Assembly (NCBI GenBank): GCA_024653485.1
Contig: JANLFY010000001.1
Coordinates: 166,160 to 230,159 of the forward strand
DNA length: 64,000 nucleotides
Source: Bacillota bacterium
GTDB lineage: Bacteria; Bacillota; SHA-98; UBA4971
Direction of reading: 5' to 3'
Below, piece by piece: positions 1 to 10,365 of the stretch. The notes beneath the pieces are model-generated. The model made no database searches. It was not told where the DNA came from and saw only the letters and a program-made list of their open reading frames with translations. Within the stretch, counting starts at the first letter, position 1, and every line of letters begins with the position of its first letter. A program made the translations under genes and the position numbers.

Positions 1-813
1 GGGAATTACGTCTTGATATACGGGAAGCTGGGGTTCCCGAGGATGGGCGTGGCGGGAGCCGCGCTCTCAACCAGCGTATCGAGGGCCATTGCATTCGCGC
101 TCATCTTGCGCGCCGTAACCGGAGGCAGATTCGCTCTGCACCTCACGGGACCGACTCGACTTGACGCCCCCCTCATCAGGCGCATAGTTAGAATCGGGAT
201 TCCCGCTGCTATTGAGCAGATCATCCTTCGAGGGGGCCAGCTCGCTTACCTTCGAATTGTGGCGGGTTTCGGGACGGCCGTGGTGGCTTCACACCAAATC
301 GCCATGAACATCCTGGGCCTTTCTTTCATGCCGGGCCAGGCGTTCGCTGTGGCGGCGACGACCCTAGTGGGACAGGGCCTTGGCGCGCGTCGACCGGATC
401 TCGCGGAAAGGGGAGCGCTCGAGACCCGGCGCATCGGGATGATCGTCTCCGGTTTCATGGCGTTCGTTTTCATTCTGTTCGGCAGGTACATCGCAATGCT
501 GTACTCCAATGATCCCATAGTCGTGGCGAAGACAGCCATCGTCTTGCGCATCATTGGACTCGTGCAGCCGGCCCAGTCCACGCAATTCATCCTCGCGGGC
601 GGGCTGCGCGGGGCAGGCGACACGAAGTGGCCGCTTTACTCTACGGCGGTCGGGATCTGGGGTTTCAGGGTCGCGCTAGGATACGTGCTCGCGGTGATCT
701 CACGCATGGAGCTCGTGGGCGCGTGGATCGCAATGGCGATAGATCAGGTCGTGCGCTCCGCGATCATAACGTTTAGGTTCCGAGGAGGTAGGTGGAAGCT
801 CGCTAAGCCGTGA
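1..813 (+). CDS. MATE family efflux transporter, C-terminal portion (5' end outside window)
   Basis: Frame open from position 1. Polytopic hydrophobic protein matching the C-terminal half of a MATE/NorM-type transporter. Confidence 0.7.
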   Translation, partial: GNYVLIYGKLGFPRMGVAGAALSTSVSRAIAFALILRAVTGGRFALHLTGPTRLDAPLIRRIVRIGIPAAIEQIILRGGQLAYLRIVAGFGTAVVASHQIAMNILGLSFMPGQAFAVAATTLVGQGLGARRPDLAERGALETRRIGMIVSGFMAFVFILFGRYIAMLYSNDPIVVAKTAIVLRIIGLVQPAQSTQFILAGGLRGAGDTKWPLYSTAVGIWGFRVALGYVLAVISRMELVGAWIAMAIDQVVRSAIITFRFRGGRWKLAKP

Positions 814-827
814 GGGACCCTTCGGCG

Positions 828-1040
828 GCCGGAGGGTCCCCCAAAAGCGGAGGCTTGACATAGTGTGGAGAAAGAGCGTAAGCTGAAGCGGGAAAGGGCC
901 TCCAACGAGGATTCGTCACCACTAACGCAGGCATCCGCGAAAGGAGATGATGAAGATGGACGCTGACCCAGGGAGTAGTAGCTTCAGCATAAGGTACCAG
1001 AGAACGGCGCACGCGGCGCTAGCTCGTGCGAGATGTCCGT
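828..1040 (+). promoter_or_regulatory. Candidate M-box (ykoK-type) Mg2+ riboswitch in the mgtE leader
   Basis: About 430 nt untranslated leader ahead of mgtE. Segments resemble M-box conserved blocks: GGAGGCUUGACAUAGUGUGGAGA vs GGUGAGGCUCCUGUAUGGAGA, GACGCU...GGG, CAUAAGGU, and GCGCUAGCUCGUGCGAGA vs GUGCUAAAGCUCUACGA. mgtE is the classical M-box-regulated gene. Confidence 0.4.
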
Positions 1041-1261
1041 CTTCGTCGTTTCCCGGAGCTGGGTGAGTCTTGTTCGTCACACGCCCTTGGCTCGTCGGGA
1101 TGACGGGCCAAGGGCGCTTTCGAATATGGGACGCCAATCGTCCGCGTCACGTCCCTGCTCGGCATGCCCGCACCTGTTCGCCTCCGCGCCGTGCTGCGTC
1201 GGACGCCTCGTCTGAGGCTGAACGCCGCTCGCGACTAACCGACGACGCCGTAAGGGAGGGG

Positions 1262-2617
1262 ATGCAGGTGGCCATCGACCTCACGAACAGAGTACAGGGG
1301 CTTCTTACTCAGAAGGACTACATTGGACTCAAGCGGGCTCTTGAAAGGTGCCATCCCTCAGACATCGCAAGGGTCATTGACGAGTTGTCCTCGGACTCAA
1401 TCGGATTCGTATTCAGGCTTCTCCCCAAGAATCTCGCCATTGAGGTCTTTGACTTCATGGATGTCGATAGGAAACAGGTCCTTCTGCGATCCCTCGGTGG
1501 AGACATGGTTGCGATGCTCCTCAACGAGATGAGCCCGGACGATCGGACGGAGCTCTTCGAGGAACTGCCCGCCAAGGTGGTCAAGAAGTATCTCTCGCTC
1601 TTGTCCGACAAGGAACGGCACGTGGCCAACATGCTCCTGGGATACAGGGAGGAGTCTGCTGGTCGTCTCATGACCACAGACTTCGTGGATCTAAAGGAGG
1701 ATCAGACCGTCGACGATGCCCTCGCGCACGTGAGAAAGACGGCACCGGACAAGGAGACCATATACCACTTGTACGTCATATCCCGAGATAGGCGGCTCGT
1801 GGGTGGGCTATCTCTCAAGGAGCTCATGTTGGCGCCGGGCGATAGATTGGTCGGCGAGATAATGCACCCGGACGTGGTGAGGGTCTCGACCGATACCGAC
1901 CAGGAGGATGTCGCCCGGGTTTTCGAGGACTACGGGTTCCTCGCCGTGCCCGTGGTGGACAGAGAGGACCGCCTCGTCGGGATCATCACCCACGACGACA
2001 TACTCGAGGTCGTTCGTGAGGAAGACACCGAGGACATTCACAGGATGGGTGGCTTGGGTGCTCCTGAGGAGGAGTACTTCAGGATGAGCCTTGCGGACAA
2101 CGTGAAGAAGCGTGTCGGATGGCTCGCGCTGCTCGTTCTTTTCGAGAGCTTCTCCAGCAACATCCTGAAGGTCTACTCAGCTTCCCTCGAGGCTGTGGTG
2201 GCACTGGCGTTCTTCATACCCACCCTCATCGACACAGGGGGAAACACCGGGACCCAGTCAGCCACGCTCGTCATCCGGGGCATGGCCACTGGCGAGATAG
2301 ACCTGCGGCAGGGGTTCAGGGTGATGCTCAGGGAATGCGCCATCGGAGTGGTGCTGGGGCTCTTTCTCGGCGCATTCGCTTACGTGCGGGCTTACCTCAC
2401 ACAGGCCGACGTGAGGATCGCCTTTGTCGTCGGGCTTTCGCTGCTCGTGGTGATAGCGGTATCGAACGTGGCTGGCGCCTTCCTGCCCCTCGCCGCCAAG
2501 CGGCTGAGAGTGGACCCGGCGGTGATGGCCGGCCCGTTCATCACCACCGTCGTTGACATCATCGGTCTCATCGTGTACTTCGAGGTCGCGCGCATTGTCA
2601 TAGGTCTGAACAGCTAG
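1262..2617 (+). CDS. mgtE: Magnesium transporter MgtE (N-terminal MgtE_N domain, CBS pair, membrane domain)
   Basis: Protein shows the MgtE_N segment DDRTELFEELP, tandem CBS-like region and a C-terminal transmembrane domain. Start chosen at the internal ATG (MQVAIDL) to give the typical ~450 aa length. The ORF extends upstream to 1070 but that part is Arg/Pro-rich. Confidence 0.9.
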   Translation: MQVAIDLTNRVQGLLTQKDYIGLKRALERCHPSDIARVIDELSSDSIGFVFRLLPKNLAIEVFDFMDVDRKQVLLRSLGGDMVAMLLNEMSPDDRTELFEELPAKVVKKYLSLLSDKERHVANMLLGYREESAGRLMTTDFVDLKEDQTVDDALAHVRKTAPDKETIYHLYVISRDRRLVGGLSLKELMLAPGDRLVGEIMHPDVVRVSTDTDQEDVARVFEDYGFLAVPVVDREDRLVGIITHDDILEVVREEDTEDIHRMGGLGAPEEEYFRMSLADNVKKRVGWLALLVLFESFSSNILKVYSASLEAVVALAFFIPTLIDTGGNTGTQSATLVIRGMATGEIDLRQGFRVMLRECAIGVVLGLFLGAFAYVRAYLTQADVRIAFVVGLSLLVVIAVSNVAGAFLPLAAKRLRVDPAVMAGPFITTVVDIIGLIVYFEVARIVIGLNS

Positions 2618-2644
2618 AGCCGGATGCCGCGTCTCCTCAGGCTT

Positions 2645-2686
2645 CACGGGGCACGCCAGGTCGCCGGCCCCTGACTGTGCCCCGTC
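2645..2686. terminator. Stem-loop between convergent mgtE and ribonuclease genes (possible bidirectional terminator)
   Basis: Inverted repeat ACGGGGCAC ... GTGCCCCGT (9-bp GC-rich stem, ~22-nt loop) in the 77-nt convergent intergenic gap. No clear U-tract. Confidence 0.25.
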
Positions 2687-2694
2687 ATACCTAA

Positions 2695-4404
2695 TCAGGC
2701 CGTGCGGTCTTCCCGTGCGAGACTCCTCATGAGCGCCACGAGCCTCGCTATCTCCTCACGAGACGCGCGGAAGACCGCCGGGTCTCTCAACGATCCCCCC
2801 TGGTCAAGCGCTTTCCGGAGCGCGGCATATGCGTGGTCGAGCTCCTCGCTCGCGGCCTTCAACGAGAGTGCCCTTTCTCCCTCCGTGCTCACGCCCGGAG
2901 TCACCGTTGTTTCACCGCTTACAAGGTCCACGGTGTCTCCTCTGTGGGGAACTCCCACCCACAGTCCCAGGGTGTTCTCGAGGGTCACCGCGAGGGCCTC
3001 GGCCGATTCTTCCTCGCCATGCACCACGAAGACGCGCCTCGGTTTGCTGCGAAGGCTTCTCACCCAGTAGAGCAGAGCGTCGCGGTCAGCGTGAGCCGAG
3101 TACCCGTCTATGGACTCGATGGACGCGCTCACGACCACGTCTTCGTTGAAAATCCTGACCTTCTTGGCTCCATCCATCAGCAGACGACCGAGCGTGCCTC
3201 GCGCCTGGAATCCGACGAAGAGGACTGTGCACTCCGGCCTCCAGAGGTTGTGTTTCAGGTGGTGCTTGATCCGGCCGAAGTTGCACATCCCGCCGGCCGA
3301 GATAATGATGGCACCTCTTGTGATATCGTTGAGGGCACGAGATTCCTCTGCGGTCCGCACGTACTGGAGCCCTGGAAAGTCGAAGGGATCACCTCCGGCT
3401 TCAATGAGAGCCGTGGTCTCGATGTCGAACTCGTCCCGATACGAGCTGAACACCTCGGTGGCAGATACGGCCATCGGGCTGTCGATGAACACCCTCACGG
3501 GTGGGACCTCCTGCTTGTAGGCCAGTTTCGCGATATCGTGAAGGACGTCCTGGGTGCGTGCCACGGCAAAGGCAGGGACGATCACGTTTCCGCCACGCGC
3601 CCACGTGTCGCAGATCACTCTCCGGAGCCTCTCAATGCTTTCCATGCGGTCTTCATGAACCCTGTTCCCGTACGTCGACTCTACTATGAGGAAGTCGGCG
3701 TCCGACACGAACTCTGGGTCTTTGATGATCGGCTGGTTCACGTTGCCGAGGTCTCCCGAGAAGACGATCTTCACCTCGCCGCCGGTGAGCGCGGGCGCAG
3801 GCTCCATAGCGCTCTCGGGACCGGCGGCAGCCGGCGAGCCGGATGCGGAAGGCCGCGCCATGCCCTCTCCGGACCCGTGATGCCGCAAGTACACCTCGAT
3901 CACGGCGGATCCGAGAATGTGCCCGGCATGCCGGAACCTCACCGCAACGTCCGGAGCCACCCCCACGATCTGACCGAAAGGAACCGCCTCGAAGCTCGAA
4001 ATGCTCCTCTCAACGTCGTCCAGCGTGTAGAGCGGCTCGAACGGAACCTCGCCCGCTCGGCGGGCTTTGCGCTGCTGCCAACCGGCTTCGAGTTCCTGGA
4101 TGTGGGCGCTGTCCAGGAGCATGATCTTGCACAGAGCGATGGTAGCGGCGGTAGCGTACACTTTGCCTTTGAAGCCCTCGCGCACCAGCCGCGGGATGAG
4201 GCCGCTGTGGTCTATGTGCGCGTGAGTCAAGAGGACGAAGTCGAGGCCCGAGGGGTCGAACGGGAAGGGAAGGCGATTGAGCTTCTGGATCTCGTCGTCT
4301 CCTTGGAACATCCCGCAGTCCACTATGAATTCCGTGACACCGGTTTGCACGTAGTGGCACGATCCGGTCACGGTTCGGGTGGCGCCAACGAATTCAAGTC
4401 TCAT
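2695..4404 (-). CDS. MBL-fold beta-CASP ribonuclease (TTHA0252/CPSF-like, RNase J-related) with extended C-terminal tail
   Basis: N-terminus MRLEFVGATRTVTGSCHYV...DCGMFQG...LLTHAHIDHSG is the metallo-beta-lactamase beta-CASP signature. Start taken at ATG 4404, which sits 10 nt downstream of an AGGAGGG SD. A GTG at 4428 is the alternative. Confidence 0.8.
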   Translation of the reverse strand: MRLEFVGATRTVTGSCHYVQTGVTEFIVDCGMFQGDDEIQKLNRLPFPFDPSGLDFVLLTHAHIDHSGLIPRLVREGFKGKVYATAATIALCKIMLLDSAHIQELEAGWQQRKARRAGEVPFEPLYTLDDVERSISSFEAVPFGQIVGVAPDVAVRFRHAGHILGSAVIEVYLRHHGSGEGMARPSASGSPAAAGPESAMEPAPALTGGEVKIVFSGDLGNVNQPIIKDPEFVSDADFLIVESTYGNRVHEDRMESIERLRRVICDTWARGGNVIVPAFAVARTQDVLHDIAKLAYKQEVPPVRVFIDSPMAVSATEVFSSYRDEFDIETTALIEAGGDPFDFPGLQYVRTAEESRALNDITRGAIIISAGGMCNFGRIKHHLKHNLWRPECTVLFVGFQARGTLGRLLMDGAKKVRIFNEDVVVSASIESIDGYSAHADRDALLYWVRSLRSKPRRVFVVHGEEESAEALAVTLENTLGLWVGVPHRGDTVDLVSGETTVTPGVSTEGERALSLKAASEELDHAYAALRKALDQGGSLRDPAVFRASREEIARLVALMRSLAREDRTA

Positions 4405-4649
4405 GGGATGATCGTCCCTCCTATCCACCCGTCACGTCGCGCACGACAGGCGAGGTTGCGCGTACGCGCGACAGACTGCAGCCCTTCGAGTCCCAAATCA
4501 CTACTTCCCGGTCAGATCCCGAGAATCCTGCTGCATCCCTCTGGTTTGGTGCCCGTTCGGCGTTGGTAGAATAAGAAAACCTGCCGTGTCATACCATTTG
4601 TCAGGGATGGTTGTTCAGATCCGGATCCACAAACGCGGGAGGTGGCAAG

Positions 4650-5429
4650 ATGCTGGTGATTTCGAGACGGGCGGTCGTCCTGGTTGGCGCGTGCGCGGCT
4701 TGTCTCGTGTTGGGCCTCGGGTTCCTTGCCGGACGCGGCGTGGAATGGGTCGTGACTCGCCACGTTCCCGTGACCGAGTCCATCTTGGTGCTGCCCCGGA
4801 CCACGATGCCCCTCTTCTACGTCAAGACGGAGGAACCGGCCATCGCCCTGACCTTCGACATTAGCTGGGGCCACGAGACCGCGCCGCGTGTGCTCGAGAT
4901 CCTCCGCGAGAAGAACGTGAGGGCCACCTTCTTTCTCTCGGGCCCGTGGGCGAAAAGGAACGCAGAGCTCGTTCAGGAGATCGTGCGGGCGGGTCACGAA
5001 GTCGGCAGCCATGGCGATGCCCACGTCAACCTCAGCCGTTACGACCGGGCTGTGGTCGAGGACAACATCAGGACCGCCCATGAGGACCTTCTTAATGCGG
5101 CGGGAAGGGTCGCGCCGTTCTTCCGTCCCCCGAATGGCGACTACGATGACGTGGTCGTTGAAGTCGCGAAGGCCTGCGGGTACGAGACCGTGATATGGGC
5201 TGTCGACTCCCTCGACTGGAAAAACCCCGGGCCGGATTTCATGGTTGACCGGGTGCTGAAAAGAGCTTTCAAGGGCGCAATCATTCTCATGCATGCGAGT
5301 GACTCGAGCAAGCAGATTCATGAAGCCCTTCCCCGTGTGATCGACGGCCTTCGTGAGAAAGGCTACAGATTGGTGCCTCTTTCTGAGCTTCTGACGTTGG
5401 GAGAGCCCGGCCGGGATGATCCAAGGTAG
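4650..5429 (+). CDS. Polysaccharide deacetylase family protein (NodB homology domain; PdaB-like) with N-terminal membrane anchor
   Basis: NodB-domain motifs (TFDISWGHE, HGDAHVN, ILMHA). Hydrophobic N-terminus. GGGAGGTGG SD before ATG 4650. Confidence 0.8.
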   Translation: MLVISRRAVVLVGACAACLVLGLGFLAGRGVEWVVTRHVPVTESILVLPRTTMPLFYVKTEEPAIALTFDISWGHETAPRVLEILREKNVRATFFLSGPWAKRNAELVQEIVRAGHEVGSHGDAHVNLSRYDRAVVEDNIRTAHEDLLNAAGRVAPFFRPPNGDYDDVVVEVAKACGYETVIWAVDSLDWKNPGPDFMVDRVLKRAFKGAIILMHASDSSKQIHEALPRVIDGLREKGYRLVPLSELLTLGEPGRDDPR

Positions 5430-5465
5430 CGCGGCGCGGGCAGCGAGGCCGGGCTCGCGCGGATG

Positions 5466-5831
5466 TCAATGAGGTGGTGAGTAGAGACACAGGATCCCGA
5501 TGTTCGTATAGCTCGTACACTTTGCAGCGGCGGGAAACGTGCGCACGATCCGGAAGTCGAACCGTCGAAAGCCCTTCGATGCGACTACGTTCTCGATGAC
5601 CACGTCTGCCACCTTCGCTGGACGCTGTCCGCCGACGAATATGACCTCCGCTGGCGTTCCGGGGCCTAGCTTGCCCGAGTTTATGTCCACGAGAACGTCG
5701 TACGAGATCTCGCTTGGTCTGTACGCTAGATGGTACATGCTGCCGGGACCCAGGGTCCGCAGATTGTCCACGGTCCACTGGATCTTAACCACCATTTGGA
5801 GCACCTTCGAGCGTGGTACTTCGGGCTCCAT
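5466..5831 (-). CDS. Hypothetical protein (122 aa)
   Basis: ORF with balanced composition (MEPEVPRSKVLQMVVKIQWTVDNL...). No family recognised by eye. Start at the internal Met, because the upstream part of the ORF is Arg-rich. Confidence 0.35.
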   Translation of the reverse strand: MEPEVPRSKVLQMVVKIQWTVDNLRTLGPGSMYHLAYRPSEISYDVLVDINSGKLGPGTPAEVIFVGGQRPAKVADVVIENVVASKGFRRFDFRIVRTFPAAAKCTSYTNIGILCLYSPPH

Positions 5832-6126
5832 CAAGAGCGCCTCCCGCCCCTGGCTTGCCTCCTCGTATTCCCCGGCCGATCGCTTCGATCGCAACCCTCC
5901 GCGACGCGGCAAGGGGGGCTTCCAGTATACGATATGCCTTCATTCCACCGGGCGTGAGAAGGTTGCTAGAGGCTGCATCGAGCCGGCGGCGGTCCTCGGG
6001 ATCGGTACGAGGCTGGCCGCGGTTACCTGCCGGAGCGTCTTCCTCTGCGTAATCTATACGCCAGACGCGGTCAGGAGATACTAGCTGAAGAACCCTACTT
6101 GCGCCGAGGGAACAGGAGGATGGACG

Positions 6127-6570
6127 ATGGCGCTTGAGACCTTTCGCGCTTCGGTGCGCAGTGTGGGACAAGGGCTCCTGTGTAAGGCGAACGTCCGGGG
6201 TTTCGAGGTGGCCATGGACGAGCCGAAAGAGCTGGGAGGCGGAGACCAGGCGATGAATCCCGTGGAGCTTCTGCTCTCGTCCTTGGGAGGGTGCATCACC
6301 ATTTGCGCCGTTGCGTTTGCTCCGACGTGCGGTGTGAGGCTCGACGGGTTCCGCGTGGACCTCGAAGGCGACTTGGATCCCGACGGATTCATGGGAAAGC
6401 GCGAGGACGTTCGCACGGGTTTCCAGCACATAAGGTTCACTATGAACATAACATCCAGCTCGCCCGAGGAGAACGTCCGAAAGCTGGTCAAGATGATAAA
6501 GTCTCGCTGTCCCGTGTCCGACACCCTCCAAGGGGTGAGAATAGACGGGGACTTCACGCTGACCCGCTGA
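6127..6570 (+). CDS. OsmC/Ohr family protein
   Basis: Carries the OsmC-like motif NPVELLLSSLGGCITI and a second conserved Cys region. Length 147 aa is typical. Stop codon lies inside a 10-bp tandem repeat. Confidence 0.85.
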   Translation: MALETFRASVRSVGQGLLCKANVRGFEVAMDEPKELGGGDQAMNPVELLLSSLGGCITICAVAFAPTCGVRLDGFRVDLEGDLDPDGFMGKREDVRTGFQHIRFTMNITSSSPEENVRKLVKMIKSRCPVSDTLQGVRIDGDFTLTR

Positions 6571-7015
6571 GACCCGCTGACCCGCCCCTCTGATCTGGTG
6601 CTTGCCACGCCGGCCGGTGCCGTCACGGCTCAAGGCCGGCGTCGCGCTTTCGCCGCCCCGTGTGTCCGTGAAGGAACGCAGGGGCGGATGTTTAACGTAC
6701 TAAGGGGGGGTAACGGGCATGCCGGAGGCTTTGGTGAATGGAATGAGCCTCTGGGACGAGCCTGCCTCCTCTGGCCGTCCGGTCCGAGACTTCGAGGTCT
6801 CGACAGGCTTGCGGCGTCAATCTTGCGGCGTCGATCGTCGATCAAGGAGCTCGTTGCCACGTCGTCGGTCGAGGTCGTCGGTCGAGCTCGAGCAAGAGAT
6901 CGTGCAAACCGCTCGAGCGCTCGCGAGGCTCTCGATACCATCAGGTGAAGGGGAGGGGGAGATCGTGGTCGGAGAGGTTCCGACGAAGGGACGTCGAGTG
7001 AGGGAGGGATGCACG

Positions 7016-8209
7016 GTGAAGGAGGCTGTAGTCGTCAGTGCGGTTAGAACGGCGATCGGGACTTTTGGCGGAACCTTGGCGGACGTCCCCGCCTGGCATC
7101 TCGGCGCGGTTGTGATCGCGGAAGCGCTCAGGCGCGCCCGGCTCGAGCCTTCGGAAGTTGACGAAGTCATCATGGGCAACATCCTCCAGGCGGGGCAAGG
7201 CCAGAACCCCGCCCGGCAGGCCGCAGTCAAGGCCGGACTTCCGGTCGAGGTTCCCTCGATGACCATCAACAAAGTGTGCGGGTCTGGGTTGAAGGCGATC
7301 GTTCTCGCTGCCCAGTCCGTGATGCTTGGCGACGCGGATGTGGTCGTTGCGGGCGGCATGGAGAGCATGAACCAGGCGCCGTACCTCTTGACGAGGGCGA
7401 GAACGGGTTACCGAATGGGCCACGGCGACCTCGTGGACAGCATGATAGGGGATGGCTTGTGGTGCGCCATCACAGGCGTCCACATGGGTGTCACGGCGGA
7501 GAACCTCGCGGCGAAGTACGGCATCTCCAGGCAGGAACAGGATGAGTTCGCCCTTCGCAGTCAGCGGAGGGCTGAGCGCGCCATCACGGAAGGGCGGTTC
7601 GAGGAGGAGATCGTGCCGGTGGAGGTCCGGGGCAGGAAAGGCGAGGCCGTGAAGTTCGCCAGGGACGAGCACCCGCGGTTCGGAGTCACAATTGAGAACC
7701 TGGCCGCGCTGCGACCCGCCTTCAAGAAGGACGGCACCGTCACCGCCGGGAACGCCTCCGGCATCAACGACGGTGCGGCGGCAGTGGTGGTGATGTCGCG
7801 GGAAGGCGCAGAGTCACGCGGGCTCGAGCCCATGGCGACCATCGTGAGTTACGCGTCGGCGGGAGTAGAACCGTCGGAGATGGGGCTGGGCCCTGTTCCC
7901 GCTACCCGGAAAGCGCTGGCCAAGGCGGGTCTCAAACTCGACCAAGTCGACCTCATCGAAGCGAACGAGGCGTTCGCGGTGCAATCCCTTGCGGTCGGCA
8001 GGGAGCTTGGGTGGGACCTGGAGAGGGTCAACGTGAACGGAGGCGCGATAGCTCTAGGACATCCGATAGGAGCGAGCGGAGCTAGGATTCTGGTGACCTT
8101 AGTTCACGAGATGAAAAGAGCCGGGGCAGAGCTCGGCCTCGCAACCCTCTGTGTGGGCGGAGGCATGGGAGTGGCGGCCATCGTCAGGCGAGAGCGCGTT
8201 GCCCGGTGA
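7016..8209 (+). CDS. Acetyl-CoA C-acetyltransferase (thiolase II)
   Basis: Thiolase signatures ([20 protein letters not shown], catalytic-Cys region [13 protein letters not shown]-terminal CVGGGMG). GTG start preceded by AGGGAGGG. Confidence 0.9.
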   Translation: MKEAVVVSAVRTAIGTFGGTLADVPAWHLGAVVIAEALRRARLEPSEVDEVIMGNILQAGQGQNPARQAAVKAGLPVEVPSMTINKVCGSGLKAIVLAAQSVMLGDADVVVAGGMESMNQAPYLLTRARTGYRMGHGDLVDSMIGDGLWCAITGVHMGVTAENLAAKYGISRQEQDEFALRSQRRAERAITEGRFEEEIVPVEVRGRKGEAVKFARDEHPRFGVTIENLAALRPAFKKDGTVTAGNASGINDGAAAVVVMSREGAESRGLEPMATIVSYASAGVEPSEMGLGPVPATRKALAKAGLKLDQVDLIEANEAFAVQSLAVGRELGWDLERVNVNGGAIALGHPIGASGARILVTLVHEMKRAGAELGLATLCVGGGMGVAAIVRRERVAR

Positions 8210-8458
8210 CAGCGCCTGGAGTGGGAGAGCGTGGTGCGCCTCAGGGCGAACGGAAATTCCGCGTTGCGGACAGGGACGGGCCATAGTATAATTGTAATGG
8301 TTCACTAGCCCAGGTGGAGTCCGTGTGCTAGTGGCCGAGAAAGAGTGCGTAGCGGTTGTGAAACGTCAGAGTATCAGGGGGGATGCGGGTCAGGTGTTCG
8401 GACGCGGGCGTCTGTGAAAAGTGTCATTTTCACAAAGTCGAAAGGAGAGGCGGCGAAA

Positions 8459-9142
8459 GTGAGAAGAGCCAACGTGCTACTGGCAGTGGCAGTTGCTTTG
8501 GTTGCGCTCATCGGTTCAGTGGCGTTTGGAGCCGAGGCGCCGTCGTACAAGGACGGTTCATACATAGGATATGTTCCGGACGATCACGGTGACGTTGTCA
8601 TCGAGGTTGTGATCCAGTTTGGCAAGATAGTCGATGTCAATATGATAAACCCTGACAAGCCCCAGTCGTACAAGCATGAGGCTGCGAAGGCCTTGTTCCG
8701 CGAGTATCCTCTGATGGTTGTCAAGAATCAGAAGGCCGATATCGACGCTGTGAGCGGCGCCACGAGCTCTCGTAACCAATACACGAAGGCCACCCAGATG
8801 GCTCTGGATATCGCGAGTGGGAAATACAAGGGCAACGTGTTCTACGGATTGGCCAAGAACCCCGTGAACGGGCACACCCTTCTGGCCGTGACCGTGCAAG
8901 GTAAGAAAGTCACGAAGGTCGAGTTCATAACGAAGAAGACAGACTACGACACGCTCATGGCGGCAAAAGGAGCGGACTACAAATCGAAGCCTGCAAAGGA
9001 GTTCTTCGACAGCTTCCCGCAGCTGGCCGTGAAGGTGCAGACGGATCTCAAGAAGATCGACGCTGTGAGCGGCGCGACGCACAGCTACCATGAGTACCTG
9101 CATGCATACGAGAACGCCCTGAGGCAGGCGGGCCTGCTCTAG
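8459..9142 (+). CDS. Secreted protein with two FMN-binding (FMN_bind) domains, a predicted ApbE flavinylation substrate (PplA-like)
   Basis: N-terminal signal peptide (no lipobox Cys) followed by two FMN_bind-like repeats each carrying a DAVSGAT(S/H)S flavinylation-type motif. GTG start after an AAAGGAGAGG SD. Confidence 0.8.
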   Translation: MRRANVLLAVAVALVALIGSVAFGAEAPSYKDGSYIGYVPDDHGDVVIEVVIQFGKIVDVNMINPDKPQSYKHEAAKALFREYPLMVVKNQKADIDAVSGATSSRNQYTKATQMALDIASGKYKGNVFYGLAKNPVNGHTLLAVTVQGKKVTKVEFITKKTDYDTLMAAKGADYKSKPAKEFFDSFPQLAVKVQTDLKKIDAVSGATHSYHEYLHAYENALRQAGLL

Positions 9143-9369
9143 GCCACCGTCCATGCACGGCCGATGGATCCGGCCGATGGACCCGAGGAGGTCCAATAGT
9201 CCGTGCCATCGGGATGGATGCCTGCTGGAGAGCAGGGCCTGCGGGCGCCACGCGGGAAACGCGGAGCGCTCAGGGCCCGGCATCTTTGATAAACAGTGGG
9301 AGGCCCGGCGCCTCAGGGCGCCAGGCCTCTCGACGTTATCGGTGACCGATATCGGTTACGATGGACGTT

Positions 9370-10365
9370 TCACGGGATCACGAGCCGCTGACCAACCCAC
9401 AGCGTGTTGGCGTCGGTGATGCCGTTTGACTGCATGATGGCTTGCACCGAAGCGCCGTACCTGAGAGCGAGCTGGTAGAGGGTGTCCCCCGGCTCGACGA
9501 TGTGGATCGTCCGCCCGGCCGCTCCACCCTGCGATGGGTTCCCGCTCGGCTGTGAGGTCGTGGAGGCGTCCTCCGAAGCCTGCACGATGATGATCTGCCC
9601 CACCCAGAGCGCGTTCGCGTCGACGTTCGGATTGAGCTGAATGAGCCTGTATAGGGTGACACCGTTCTTCACCGAGATCGCCCACAGTGTGTCACCAGGC
9701 TGAACGTAGTAGACTCGCCCTGGCCTTCCCGATGTCACGGGCGCCGTGGGCTTCACGTAGTCTTGATTCCACCAGGCGGCAAGGGCCGGCCCGTTGGGAC
9801 CGCGGTACCTGAAAGCGATCCATGCTTGGCGGGCTATCCGGTTCGCCACGTTCGCCGAGGTGATCTCGCGCACGGAGTTGACGGTCCACATCATACCGGG
9901 TCCAGGCCCGAAGGGCTGGATGAGCTGAACGATGTACGCCCTCTCCAAGTGCTGGACGAGAACCTGGGCTTCGCCGGTGCCGGAATCCTTCTGAACATCG
10001 ACCCTGGATATCAGGGTGTACGTGTCCTGCCACGGATCGAACCCCAGAATCGCTCCCTCCTGCCGCGCTACCTGCACCGGGTCCAGCCTCCAGGTGTCTT
10101 GCCCCTGGTACACCCGCAGCTGCGCTTGGTACAAAGCCTGCCAGTTGAGGGTTACCGGACCGGTCGCTACCTCAGCGGGCGGCGAGGCGGGCGTCCCGCG
10201 GTAGTAAACCTGGCCGTCTTGACCCGCCCTGAACGAGGGATGGGCCAGTGAATCGAGTCCTGATCGCTCCTCCCCAGGCCCCGCGGCCCACACCACCGCT
10301 TGGAGCGTTAACGCGGCGGCGAGGACGATCGCTACGACTATCGAGCGTCGCATGGTGCGATGCAA
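9370..10365 (-). CDS. Secreted protein with two C-terminal LysM peptidoglycan-binding domains
   Basis: Signal peptide. Two LysM repeats (YVQPGDTLWAIS...WVGQIIIV and HIVEPGDTLYQLA...WVGQRLVIP). Confidence 0.75.
   Translation of the reverse strand: MHRTMRRSIVVAIVLAAALTLQAVVWAAGPGEERSGLDSLAHPSFRAGQDGQVYYRGTPASPPAEVATGPVTLNWQALYQAQLRVYQGQDTWRLDPVQVARQEGAILGFDPWQDTYTLISRVDVQKDSGTGEAQVLVQHLERAYIVQLIQPFGPGPGMMWTVNSVREITSANVANRIARQAWIAFRYRGPNGPALAAWWNQDYVKPTAPVTSGRPGRVYYVQPGDTLWAISVKNGVTLYRLIQLNPNVDANALWVGQIIIVQASEDASTTSQPSGNPSQGGAAGRTIHIVEPGDTLYQLALRYGASVQAIMQSNGITDANTLWVGQRLVIP

Noticed and set aside
1070-1261. Upstream 64 codons of the mgtE ORF
   Set aside because: Arg/Pro/Ser-rich, overlaps the putative riboswitch leader, and MgtE homology starts at the internal Met.
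2833-4569. 578-aa ORF on the plus strand
   Set aside because: Entirely antisense to the well-supported beta-CASP ribonuclease gene. Arg/Pro/Gly-rich with no domain-like motifs. A typical high-GC antisense artefact.
5785-6633. 282-aa minus-strand ORF
   Set aside because: Overlaps the OsmC gene on the opposite strand. Arg/Gly-rich with no motifs.
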